Positions 41,853-55,326 of a stretch of DNA of 64,000 nucleotides are shown piece by piece (the first letter of the stretch is position 1; the number at the start of each line of letters is the position of its first letter). The position numbers and the translations under genes are program-made. The notes below the pieces were generated by a model. The model saw only the letters and a list, made by a program, of their open reading frames with translations. It had not been told where the DNA came from and made no database searches. This stretch comes from Geosiphon pyriformis uo1 (lineage: Eukaryota > Fungi > Glomeromycota): positions 169,238 through 233,237 of the forward strand of contig JAAOMT010000176.1 of NCBI GenBank assembly GCA_016748015.1, written 5' to 3'.

Positions 41853-42715
41853 TGTTATAGATACTTATTTGGGTGGTTAGAATAAATAACAAACTCATAA
41901 CTTGGTGCTCAATAGCTTGATGATGTTGGTAATATTTGAAGATTTTGGTTGAATTTTTTATATAATAAACAGAGATTCAATAGTAATATCCTTTGATGAT
42001 GTTTCTAGTTTCTTTCTTAACTCTCAAGTTAATATGCTTTGATGTTCATAGTTTCTTAAAAGATTTTTTATCAATTTTTTTTTCAGCTTAGTGGTTAGTT
42101 TTCTGGTAAACTATCTTTAAATTTCAAGTGTCTACTCTTATTTCTGGGTCTTTTACCAGTTTTTTTGACATTAATTACTTAGCACTTAATTTTTTTTTAA
42201 TTAGTTAGTAAATCAATAAAACAACAAAAATAAAATAAAAAAAGAAATAAAAAAAAAAGAAATTAGTATTCTGTCAATAGCCATGATCAAAAGCTATTGT
42301 TTTAATATGGTTAAATATTAGATGTTATCAACATGAAGTATTAATAACTGAAAGAGTGATTCAAATTCTCAATCAAATAATAATAACATAAATTAGATAA
42401 TAATAAGTATATTTATTTGATATTTTGTTAATAAATTCACTTTAGATAATAGTAACTATTCATAAAGTAAGAGTTAATTAATAGATAAGAAAGAGGATGT
42501 GAAAATGGAAATTAAACCAAATTCTTTTTTTCTTACTTTTAATACTACTGTTATATATATATAGTTGGTATTATATGAGATTTCTGAAATTCTGCAATTT
42601 CTTATTAAAAATTCTAAAATTCTGAGATTTTGGAATCTTGAAATTTTTCTGTTACTATATTTTCTGATTGATTATTCTTTTAATTATATAATACTCTTAA
42701 TTTTTTTGAGTAATA
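41853..42715 (-). repeat. 3' LTR of element C
   Basis: Direct repeat of 50935-51805. Confidence 0.9.
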
Positions 42716-45700
42716 TTATTCCTTCTTTTTAATATTGAGCTCTATTAAAATTTTCTAAATTTTCTAAATTTTTTTCTTGGATTAGCTCTATAACTTTTTT
42801 CTCCAGAATTGCTTTTGTAATTTTCATTTGCAATTCTTTAAATTAAGCATTGATTAATTTTCCCAATTAATTAATTATTACAATATCTATTATTGAGTGT
42901 AGTAATATTTCTGGTCTGTCTCGAAATCTTATCTGTAATCAATAAATGGGTTTTGCATATATGAATAAATTGTTTTTTCTAACAAATTGTTTAATTTGTT
43001 GTAATTGAATTGGATCAAATTTTTTTCTTGTTTTGTTAGTATATAAGTTTTTGATGCTTATCTATTGTTTCAATTAATAGTAAAAAAATTCTTTGAATAT
43101 TGTTGTATTCATTGGTTTCATTTTTCTAAGATCAATTCCTCTTTTGGTATTGATATTTTTGAATTTTTCAATGTCTTTTCTATTTTTCTTATTATTTTAT
43201 CTACAGTATTTTCAGACATGTGATATCTAAAATATCATTTTTTGGTTTGGTTTTTTTATGGTATTTTTTTGTCTTTCTACTGTATTATGTGTTTATTAAT
43301 AGTGATTTCCAGACTTGATTCTTGTTGTTAAATCAATTGTAATAGTTTTTGTGCAAGTAAGTAAATGTTATTGGTGATTTCTATTTTTTCTTGTTGTTTT
43401 TGTCACACGTGCTGGTTTTTTATATACTGTTATAATAGATTACTTTAATGTATTCATTTTAATGATGATGATTGGTTCTAGATCTTATAAAATCTTATCT
43501 GGTTGAACTAGTATTCTTTGTATTTCCAGTTGTGAAATATTATTAATAGATAATAATATTATATTGTAATATGATTTCAGTTGATTTTCATATGCTGTTT
43601 TAGCTAAGATTTTGTTGTTTTATCTTAGTTTATAAGTTTTATTTCTAAAATTTTTTCAATGTGAAATGATTTGTTTTATTTAAAGTTAAATTTTTTACTC
43701 TATTGTTTTTTTGTTTTAATATAATATAAGAATACTTTGTCTCCAATTCTGAATTTAGCTGGTTTATCTGGTAATTGTTTATCATATTGTTTTTTTTGTT
43801 TTTTTTGTGACTTTTGAATGTTGTCAACTGCTCTTCATCTTTTGTTTTCTAATGTTTTCATTAATTTATACATTCTTCTTAGTAATGTTTTTTGGAAGTT
43901 GGTTTCTGTTATTGGTTCTATTGAATATGTGTTGATGTTTATCTCAACTGGTAATGTTGCTGTTCTACTATAAACAAATTCAAATAGTGTTGCTTGTATG
44001 GTATTTTGCTTCATTGTTTAATAAACAAATAGTACTAATAGTATAAACAAATCTCATTTGTTCTGGTTTTTTTGGCTGATTTTTGTTATTGTTTTACACA
44101 ATAGTTTATTGAATCTTTCTACTAAGCCATTTGTTTGTGGATAATATGGTAATGATAATAGTCTTTTAATTCCAAATCTTTGATTTAATTCTGTTAATGT
44201 TTTGTTCATAAAGTAAGTTCTTTAATTTAATAATAATTTTTTGAACATTTATGTTAACAAATTAAATTTTAGTGGACGAATTCAGCTATGAATTCTATAT
44301 CTGCTCTTTGGATTGCTTTTGCTTTTGGCAATTTTGTAAAATAGTCCATAACCATTACTATGTACTGATTGTTTTTGCTGGTTATTATTAATGATTTGAC
44401 TAAGTTAATTCTAATTCAATCAAATAATTGTTCTATTTTAATTGATCTTAGCAGTTTACTGGGCCTTATTTCTTCTCTTCTTTAATAAGCATTAGAATTT
44501 TGAACATATTGAATAATATCCAGATATATGAATAGCCAATAGTATTTTTTTCTGGTTTTTTCTATAGTTGCTCTTTTATGAAAATGTCCTGCTGTTGGAT
44601 TTGAGTACATGTTAAATAGTGTTGTTTTTTTTTTGGTTCTGTGATTACTCTGAGTGGCTGATCTAGATATTTTCTGTTTTTTTAATATAATATATCTTAG
44701 TAAGTGATAAAATATTTTGCTTATTGTTTTATGTTGTTTTGTTTCTTTTAAAATAATTTTTTCTTGAACTATTAAGTATTAATATAATATTAAAATTGTT
44801 AATATTTTTGTGTATTCATCTTTTGTTATATTTTTGGGTTGAAATGTTCTTAAATTTGTTTTATTTGTAACAAACCATCAGTATTTCTATTTTTTTTTCT
44901 CTTTTTATAATGTATTGTATAATTAAATGATAATAGTTCTATTTTTTATTTTGTATAACAGTTATTTCCAAATTCTTGTTTTTAAATTGATGTTAATTCT
45001 TTGTAATCAATGTATATGTCAAACTTTTGACTCAAATATTTTTTTCATTTCATAATAGTCTAATAGATAGCCAAATGTTCTAATGCTGGAGTTCTATAGT
45101 TTTTTTTAGCTGAACTTAAGTTTATACTGGCATATGCTATTGGGTGTTCTCTTTTATCTGGTCTTTTTTGTGACAATACAGCTCTTAATACTTAACCCAA
45201 TATATTGGTAATTATAATAAATAGCTTGCTATAATCTGAATAGATTAATACTAAAGCTTAAATGAGCTTTCTTCTTAAGATATCAAAAGCTTCTTGTTGG
45301 GCTCTTGTTTATTTATATTTGATGTTTTTGGCTTGAAGTTGATGAAATAATTGGGCCAATTTGGAAAAGTTTTGAATAAAATGACAGTAATATCTAGCAA
45401 ATTTTAAGAATGTTTTCAGTTCTGTTAAGTTAATTAGTACTAAAAAATTCTTGACTATCTTAATCTTGTCTGAATTCATCTTGATGCTGTTTTTGTTTAC
45501 AACATGTTTCAAGAATTTTAATTCTGTTTTACCAAAGAAGTATTTGATTGTATTCAATTTCAATCCAGCTCTTCTTAGTCTCTCAAACACTTGCTAAAAA
45601 TAGTGAAGATAATCATCAAATGTTTTTGAAAACACATTAGTATTATCCAAGTAGACTATTACTGACTTCTATAATAATCTCATATAAACAATTTTTATTA

Positions 45701-48700
45701 GTTATTGGAAAGTGGCTAGAGTATTTATTAAGTTAAAAGACATAATATCAAATTCGAAATTCTCTTCTCTGGTAGTAAATGCTGTCTTTTTTTTGTTAGT
45801 TGGATTTATGGTTACTTGTTAATAACCACTGTTTAGATCCAATGCTGAAAACCATTTTTTTCTTCTAAATACATTTAATAATTTTTGAATCTGTAAAGTT
45901 AGATAACTGTTTTTGTAAATAATACTGTTAAGTTTTCTGTAATTTACACAAAAGTGGATTTTTTCATTTTTCTTATGAACAAATATTACTGGTAATAATC
46001 ATAGACTTATTAATAATTGAATTAATTTATTGTTCAACATTCTGTTGATTTTTTGTTAAATAATTTTATGGCTTGTTAATGGTATTCTGTATGCTCATTG
46101 TTTTATTGGCATTGTATCTCTTATTTTAATTTGGTATTAAATAATATCAGTTTTACCAAATTTATTTTCACTGGCAAAAATGTCTGTGAAATTGTTAAGT
46201 AATATTTTAAGCTGCATATATTAAAATGGGTCAAAGTTTTCTAAATTCATTTGGTCCAAATGTTCTGGTTAAAACAAATAGTATTTTTTTTGTTTGTATA
46301 TTATTTGTAATATAATATCCACATATTTACAAAACTGTAGAAAATCTGAAATAATGTTTGATAGTTGGTTTTTAACTTTAGTGCTTAAGTATCTGATGGT
46401 AATTCTGCTTGGTATTTCGATGATGTTTCCAATTGTATTGTATATAAAAATTTTGATGTGTTTATTGTTCTTGATTGATATATAGAAATTGGTAATTCCA
46501 ATTTTTTTTGATTTACAAATAGTTGGTTCTGCTTCAAAAATCTGGGGCTGGTCTTTTACTTTTTTTTTATTACTAACATATACTGATTATATGATAGAAT
46601 AGAAACTAATTAATTAATAGAGATAATTTCTCCCTTATCAATTGCTTCTTCCTTTGTTATATTGACTGGTATGTCTATTTTACTTGTGAATTTAAATCTA
46701 TTTTTCCTTCTGGCTGTGATCCTTAATTCTTTTCTTGTTTCTACTGGCACTAATTGAGCTATTTTTACCAAAGGTAAAAATATTGTTTGTGCTATCTTTT
46801 CATCTAATTCAATTATATATGATTTTTCTGAATTATTTTGTAGTATTACAATAATATTTCTTATATATTCTGCATCAATTATTTTTTCTTTAATATTGAT
46901 TTCTTTTTTTACTAATCTAGATCTAGATACTAACTAAACCATTATTGTTGTCAGAATTTCTAAGACTATTTTCAAATCAATATAAGTGTATATATTGGGC
47001 TCCAATGTCATAACATATTTTCTTAAATATTTCAGATCAAACTTTATATTAGTATTATATACTTGTTTTGGCATAATATCTTTATTATTATTATTAAACT
47101 ATCTCAGTTTCTGCTTTATTGATAGATTTGGAAGCACAATATATTGCTTAGAGTTGTAATTAGAGTTTGAATTATTGTAGTTGTTGCTATAGTAAACAGA
47201 GCTGAAACTATTGTTGTCATTATCATTAGAGTCTAAATTGGAATTAAATTTTGATTCTAATTCTACTGCACATTTACTGGTTGGTTTTTTTTTTCTGGAA
47301 TTGAATAGATTATATGTAATAGTAGATTGTGAATGAGATTACAATCAGCACAATAATCAAAGTTACTAAGAATTAGGCAATGTTTACACAATCTTGTGTT
47401 TAACTGTTTTAAATACTACTTTTGCTTTTTTTTAGTGGGTGCTAGATTTTGGTAATGTTTATAGAAGTGTTCTGAATTATTCAAGATATCAATAAATACA
47501 TCTGAGTTAAAGATGAGGATAGGTTCAACAAGTTTTAATGGGTTATTTTTGATTACTAATATTTTATTAAGTAAAGTGTCTTTAATTTTAACACTTGCCA
47601 TTTGTCAAATTTTATCTTTGTTATGGAGATAGCCATCTAAGTATGATAGTACTTGGTTTTATGTAGTGTTGAAAAGCGTTTTTTGGTTTATCCAGTTATT
47701 AATTAGAATTGTGTACTAATACAATATGTTAAACATTCCTTCTTGACCAGAAATGTTGTTCCATATTTTTTTGTCAAATAGTGTTTTTTCACAAGCAAGA
47801 CATAATTTATTGTCTTACTTTTCTTGTTATTTTAGATAACCAAAATGCTCTTGGTAATACAATTTACAGTAATAATAAGTATGTATTCAGTAGTTTTTAT
47901 CTGGTGCAATCCAAGCTTTTATGAATAAAAGCTTCTTTTTGTAATTAATACACTTAAAAAAAATGTAGAGTGGTTTCTTTCTTGTGTCTATTGAATATGG
48001 TGTGTGCCAACTGTTAGTAGTTTTGCTGGTGTTGGTGGTGGTTTGTGGTTTGTTTTCCTTTTTTTTTCTTTGTTATTTCACAATAGAATTGGTAGTAGTT
48101 TGTTATAGTTTTCTTCTGTTCAAGATATTTAATATGCTTCTCAAATAAGTTTTTTTTTTTTTTTTTCTAATTTAATTAGTGACAATACTAGTATAGTGGT
48201 ATTTGTTTGGAAGTAGCCACATGTGGCAGGTACCTAAGTATGCTGACTGTTCTGACTGAATTATAGCTCTTGCATAGTCCAATTGAGTATTGCATTTGTT
48301 TTGAACAGCCAATTATTACTAACTAGTACTTGATACTAAATGGCTTTCATAACAAAAACTTTGATAAATGTCATAATGCTATTGACTTCAAACAGAAAGT
48401 TGTCAATTTTTTCAATAAGTGTTTTGGTGGCTCCATTAGCTATGATAATTTTAGTGTTGACAATGTGATCAACTTAGCAACCTAATTGGTTCATGAATTG
48501 TCATGTAATAATATTGTCTGCTAAACTACCATTCAAAATTAATTTGATCAGGTGACCATCAACTTTGGCATCTGTATATATGACAGTAATGGGTTTTGAA
48601 TTAAAGATGACTCTACTGAATAATAATATGAAGATTGGTTTTTTAATCTCAAAAGAAAATATTGCAAGAAGTGATTCGTTTTCTGTAATGGTAATTGATA

Positions 48701-50934
48701 GAATATTGCTAATAAGTATAGATTGTTTTTGGTTGGTTTCCAATAAATTGAATATGACAATTTTTGGAGATACCAAAAAACTTAAATAATGTTGAATATT
48801 CAGGTTTTGAGTGTAATTAGTTTCTAGATTAGGTTGTCATAATCCAGATTGTTGAACTGCTAAACTGAGAATTAGTTAGTGTATTACTATTGCTAATTAC
48901 TAATTCTGACAAATCTAAATAGTTCTTAGTTTTTGACTTCTGTTTTGAGATAAGTTCTGAAATTGATTCTGATTTGGTTAGAATTAATAAATAATTTGGG
49001 GCTAAAGTAATTAATAAATTATAAGTGTTGGTATCTGATAGATTAATGGCTAATAAATTGGCTGTATTATTTGAAAATAATGCAGCTGATATTGGTATTA
49101 TTTAAGTAATTGATTACTAACATAGTTTGGGATTTGAAATTTGCAATCAGAATTTTAATATTAATTTTCTGATTGTTGATTATTTTTTTTAAAGTAACAG
49201 CCTGTTTTTAGATGGCTTTGTTTACCACAGTAGTAGCAATTATGTGTTTTTAATTGCCATTGTTGATTTAATAATAATGACAAATATGATTGTTGTTAAA
49301 TACAGTTGAAATTTTTTGGATTGTTATAATGTTGTGGAGATTGATAAATTGTCTGGTTGTTAGCTAAGTATCCTTTCAATTTCTAATTAATTGAATTACT
49401 AAATTGCTTTAGTTTAGAATTCAAGTTAGATAATCTGTTTATTATTAGATTTACAGCTTGGGCATAATTGGTTTTTAATTCAGCCAACTTAAAATCTCTG
49501 ACATGCATAACTGTATCTTGAAGTGTTTGTGGATGTAATGAGTATATGCATTGTAAAAGACTATTGTGCAAGCCATGAATAAACTGATTCAGAATTTGTG
49601 GTACTGTGAAATAATTAGTATTAATGACTTGAATTTAGTGTAAATTTTTGTGAAAATATTCTAAGTAAGTGGTAATTGCTTCTGTGTCACCTTGTTTAAT
49701 AGTGGTAAATGCCATTGTCAAATGATTAATGCTGTTGTTATTGCTAAAATATCTCAAAAATTTGGTTTTAAACACATCAAAGATAATGAGTTTATAGATT
49801 AAACTCTAATATCACAAATTGGTAGTATCTTGCAAAAAGTATAAAATAGTTTGTAGGACTTTGACATTGTCTTAATTATTAGTAGTAATTGCTTTAGCAA
49901 TGTTATTGAGCCAAACTTGGATGTTGTCCTTTTTACTAGTAAACTTTTTTAACTTGGCAATGAAAATGTATATCATTGGTACTATAATTGATTGTAGTTG
50001 TTGAAACTGTTATTGTTGTTAAAGTAGTGGTTGCAGATGTTGTTGCAGTTTTGCAATTGGTGCAACTAGTGGTAAATTGATTACAATTATTGAAAATAAG
50101 TTTTAAGAAACAATAGAAGTGGAATTTTACTGGATTGAAATAATTGAAATTTGAATTTCTGGATTTTCTGGAATCAGATTTTGGTAATTAAATTCTTGAT
50201 CTTCATCTTCTTTCTCTTTCAAGTCAGTTATTCCCCAAGAACTAATGGCTCCAAAATTGAATTAAGGTGACAGTGATCAAAATCCTGATGGTATTGGTAA
50301 TTACAATTTAAATTTTTTAAAGTAATCATTGTAGATTTCCAATAAATTGTCTTTTTCTTAGCTGCTTTGAAACATTATTCTTACTGATGGTGTTTTTACT
50401 GATGCTGATACAACTCCTGATAATATATTAATAGTACTATCAAGCATGTAATAATATAATAGGTAAATAAGTGAAACTACTTTTGGTTTCTTTTAAGTAG
50501 ATAATTATATATTTCTTGGTATTCTTGCTGGTATTTGTAGTTTTTTTTTGTCTTTGTCTGCATAAGTAATGGAAAATCTTTGTTGGATGTAACTTTTAAT
50601 TTTTTAGTTGATTTTAGTAATGGTAAAAACAAAGTTGTAATTTAATAATAAGTTGGTGTATTAAATTAATTTGGTATAGAAATTTCTTTTTGCTGCTTTA
50701 ATATCAGTTAGTTTTCTTAGAAAATATGTGATTCTGTTATTAACATAACAATTAAAAGCTGATTTGGCTAGCCAATAATTACTGGTTAATTCTAATTGTT
50801 AGTAGTATTGTTGAAATAGAGATTTTGCAAATTCCAAGTAATTTGTTCTTATTACTTTTAATTCTGTTACTGTTTCAGATAGTTGTTCCTGGTGTTAGTT
50901 TTCTGTTAAATTATATCACACAGAAAGCACTAAA

Positions 50935-51805
50935 TGTTACAGGTGCTTATTTGGATGGTTGGAATAAATAACAAACCCGTAACTTAGTGCTTAATAGCTT
51001 GATAATATTAGTAATATCTGAAGATTTTGGTTGAGTTTTTTGTATAATGAACAGAGATTCAATAGTAATATCCTTTGGTAATGTTTCTAGTTTTTTCTTC
51101 AACTTTCAAGTTGATATGTTTTAATGTCTGTAGCCTTCCAAAAAAATTTTCTGTTAATTTTTTTTTCAGCTTAGTGGCCAGTTTTCTGGTAAGCTATCTT
51201 CAAATTTCAAGTATCTACTCTTATTTTTGGGTTTTTTACCAGTCTTTTTAACATCAATTACTTAGTGCTTAATTCTTTTTTAATCAGTTAGTATATCAAT
51301 GAAACAACAAAAATAAAAGAAATAAAAAGAAATAAAAAGAAAGAAGAAATTAGTTTTCTATTAATAGTTATAATTAAGAGCTATTATTTCAGTATAGTTA
51401 AATGTTAAATGTTATCAACATGAAGTGTTAATAACTAGAAGAATGATTCAGATTCTTAATCAAATGATAATAACATGAATTAGATAATAATAAGTATGTT
51501 TATTTAATATTTTGTTAATGAATTCACTTTAGGTAATAATAATTATTCATAAAGTAAGAATTAATTAATAGATAAAAAAGGAGATATGAAAATGGAAACT
51601 GAACCAAATTATTTTTTTCTTATTTCTAATACTACTGCTATATATACATAGTTGGTATTATATGAAATTCTTGGAATCCTGTAATTCCTTCAAAAAAATT
51701 CTGAAATTTTGGGATTTTAGAATTCTGAAATTTTTCTGTTACTATACCTACTTTTGATTGGCTATTCCTTTAACTATATAATACTTTTAATTTCTCTAAA
51801 TAACA
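50935..51805 (-). repeat. 5' LTR of element C
   Basis: TGTTACA...ATAACA; direct repeat of 41853-42715. Confidence 0.9.
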
Positions 51806-52170
51806 ATATGTTCCTTAAATATAAGTTTATATGTAGTGATTTGTAAGAAATTTGTACTAAAAAATTGATTTGTAAAGACTGTTGTGGTTTTTGATAAAAA
51901 AAAAACTGCTTCTATTATTGTTAACTATGTAAGACATTTGGTAGAATTATATCATACTAAGATGTGGTTTATAAGATTCAAATATAAAATAAATATAGAA
52001 AAAGCTAGATTAGTTGAAAATAGTAGTTTAATATCAAGTTTGTTTTGTAATATAGTGTCTATATTATTAGATGAAATAATTTAGTTGCTTAATATTATAG
52101 AATTTTTTGCAGTTAGTTTTGACAAATACAGATTATATTTTTTTTTTCTGGTTTAAGTAGCAATATATGT
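51806..52170 (+). mobile_element. 3' continuation of the LINE relic after element C
   Basis: Coding-like remnant (ORF 51884-52084) resumes directly after the TSD; end approximate. Confidence 0.6.
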
Positions 52171-52199
52171 ATTAGTATAAATATGTAATATTGTTTTAT

Positions 52200-54800
52200 T
52201 TAGTTTAAATAACTGGTTATATATATAAAAACATAAGTTATATTTAATTTAAGTTACTTAGTTTGGTTCTATATATTAAATAACAATTGAATTTTACTTA
52301 TAAATAAATTAAAAAAAAAACTTAAAAAAATTCTAAATAAAAAATTTTTTTATTTAAAACCAAAAAATACTTAATTAATAGATAAAAACTATTTTATGTT
52401 TTTAATATTTAAAAATAGGTTAAAAAATTATTATTTATTTGATTTTAAGTATTAAAACTACTAAAAACAATAAAAAAAAATTTTGTTTTTTATTATTTTG
52501 AGCTTTAAATATAGTTATTTATATTATAAAAAAATTATATTTACTTAAATTATTAATTATATTAAAATACAAATAAAATAAATTTTTTTTATTTAATTTT
52601 ATTTTTAACAAATGTAATTTAATTATTATTTATTATAATATAATTATAACAAGTTTTAAAATAAGTATAATTTATGTTTTTTATATATATATATAATTAT
52701 TTAAGCCAATTAAAATTATACTATATTAAATTTATAAAAGAATTTATTTAAAACAGTTATTTTTTATATAATTACAATTAAATTATTGTTATTAAAAATT
52801 AAATTGACCAATTATTTAACAATTATATTTACATTCAACTTAATATTTAAAATTTAAAGTTTATAAAAACTATTATTTAATAAAAATAATTTTATTAACA
52901 GAAAAAATTTTATTATTACTAAATATATTATTATTAAATAAATTATTTATATTTATTTTATTTTAAATCTAATTTAAATTATTAAAAACTTTTTTAAAAT
53001 ACCAAATTATTTTTTTATTATAAAATTTTTTTTAACTTTAAAATTAATAATAAATAAAATATTTATTAATTTTATAATTAAAGCAACCAAAAAATTAATA
53101 AATTTAATTAATAAAGTTAATTTTACAAATTTAGATTTCAAACATATAAAGTTAAATTAATTACAAATTTAAATAAAATTTTTAAAAAATAAAATATGTT
53201 TAAATACCAAATAATTTAAATTTTAATACTTAAAACAGTATTAAAAATCAGAAATTTTTTATTAAATATAACTTTTTTTAAATTATAATAGTATTTAAGT
53301 TTTTTTAAAAATAAAAAATAATATTAACATATCTTAATTATTAAATAAAATTTAAAAACCAAAAAATAAAACAAATATAATTATGTATTTTAAAAACCAA
53401 TTTATTAATTTTAAAAACAAAATTCAAAAAAATTTAATTAATTTAATTTTAAAAACATTTTAAAAATACTTTTTTTATATATATGTTTTTTTTTAATAAA
53501 AATCAACCAATAAGTTAAAATAATATTTAAAAATATATAAAACTTAAAATATACAATATTATATTATTATTATTAATTAACAAATTTTAATTTAATATTA
53601 AAGATTTTATCAAAAATATTCAAAGTATTTTTAATATAATTTACAAAAATTTTTAAAAAAACATTATAAAAAATAACAATCTTAAAAACAAAGATCAAAT
53701 TAAATATTACAAAAAATTAAAAATAATAAAAAATTTAATTTAAACAATAAATATTTAAGAAAATTTAAATCAATAAAATCATATAAAAACTAAATTAATT
53801 AAATACTTAATTAAAAATAAATTATTATACATTATTAAAACCAAAAACAATTTAAAAAACAACAAAAAGTATTTTAATATTTATTTTATTAATTTATTTT
53901 TAAAATCAAATAACTTAATAAATTAATTAATTAAAATTACATATAAAAATATAATATGTTTTGTTTTAAAAAACAATAATAATTAATTAAAATTTAGCAT
54001 ATTAAATAATTTAACTAAATAATAATTATAATTAATTTTAACAAATATATTGCTATTATTATTGCTATTATTTAAATTAAAAAAACTATTGTTTACAATT
54101 AAATTAAAATTAAATATCATAATTAATACAATTACAATAAAACTGGTAAAAATATTAAAAAAAACAAACTTTAAATTAAAAATAATATTTTTTTTTAAGT
54201 ATTTCAAAAGAATTAATGCAATAATTTTTGAAAAAAAATTGGTTTACTTTTTTTTTATTTTTTTATTTAATGTATAACCCAAATACTATCTAATTTTTTG
54301 GTTTTTAAATAATAATAATAATAATTAAGAAAAATAACTTGATTATTAAAAAATTTTGAATTTTTTATAATATTAATAATTATATTAAAATTAATCTTGA
54401 TTTATTGTTTAAAAAAAATTTAAATAAAAAAAACTCTTATTTAAAGCTAAAAAAGTGTTTTATTAATAATTAAAAACTGTTTTATGTTTTAATTATTTAA
54501 AAAAAAACATTTTAAAAAAATATTGTTTTGTAGTTTTTAATTTTAAGAAAACTTTTTAAGTATTAGAATTAAAAGCACTAAAAAAAAAAGAAATTATTAC
54601 TTTTTTATTTTTTGTTTCAAATATAGTTATAAAAATACAAAAAAAAATATTTTTAAATTATTAAATTTTATTTTTATTTATTAATATAGTTTTTTATAAT
54701 ATAAATTATTATAAATAAAAATTATATATTTGTTAATTAACATAAAAATAAATCACAAAACAATTAATATTTTGAAAATAAATTGCAAAAAATCCAAATA
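52200..54800. repeat. Extremely AT-rich eroded repeat DNA (right edge of TE island)
   Basis: 19 C/G in 240 nt counted at 53281-53520 (~8% GC); ORFs here are I/K/N/L/F artefacts. Confidence 0.75.
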
Positions 54801-55326
54801 AATGATGTCAAGTTTATAATAATTTCAGAAAGCATTTTACTATTTATTTTTGAAATAATTGTAATTTAATGAATAAGTGTTCATTTTGTGTTTTAGATTT
54901 AAACTTTTGGAAAATGTCCATCTTTACGAAGCTTTGGTAAATTCCATAATTATGTTAATTCTTTTTTAAAGACACTTGAATTTTAACAGGAATAATATAC
55001 ACAATATAAGCTTTGATTTTGAAAAAGTGGTTTGCAGAAAATCTTTTCAATAACAAAGCATTCTTGTGAACCCTTAAACTGAGAATTAAAGATCAGATAA
55101 AGCACGAACACTCTGTTCGACCCTCGTGTTTAAATTTGGGAGGTCTTCACCAAATCATTTTAAGCAAGTTAAAAAACAAAAGTCATGTGCAGATTTGAAA
55201 AATGTGAAATAAGCTTATCGATACAACCACCTTTCAGGTTGCAAAATGAGATAAATTTTATTTAATAATATTCCAAGGAACAGCCCACGGAAGAGACCAA
55301 TTATATTTTCTCTCCATAATCTCACC

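Larger units (their letters stand above)
41853..51805 (-). mobile_element. Ty3/Gypsy LTR retrotransposon C (degenerate, related to B), inserted in the LINE
   Basis: LTRs 41853-42715 and 50935-51805; flanks ATGT/ATAT (TSD with one G>A); PBS-like tttagtgctttc; PPT aaaaagaaggaa; PR ~48540, dUTPase ~46690-47075, RT (YLDN ~45650) and IN remnants colinear with B. Confidence 0.92.

Noticed and set aside
53983-54277. I/K/N/F-rich ORFs that could suggest mitochondrial or endosymbiont DNA
   Set aside because: No recognisable genes; a compositional artefact of eroded repeats
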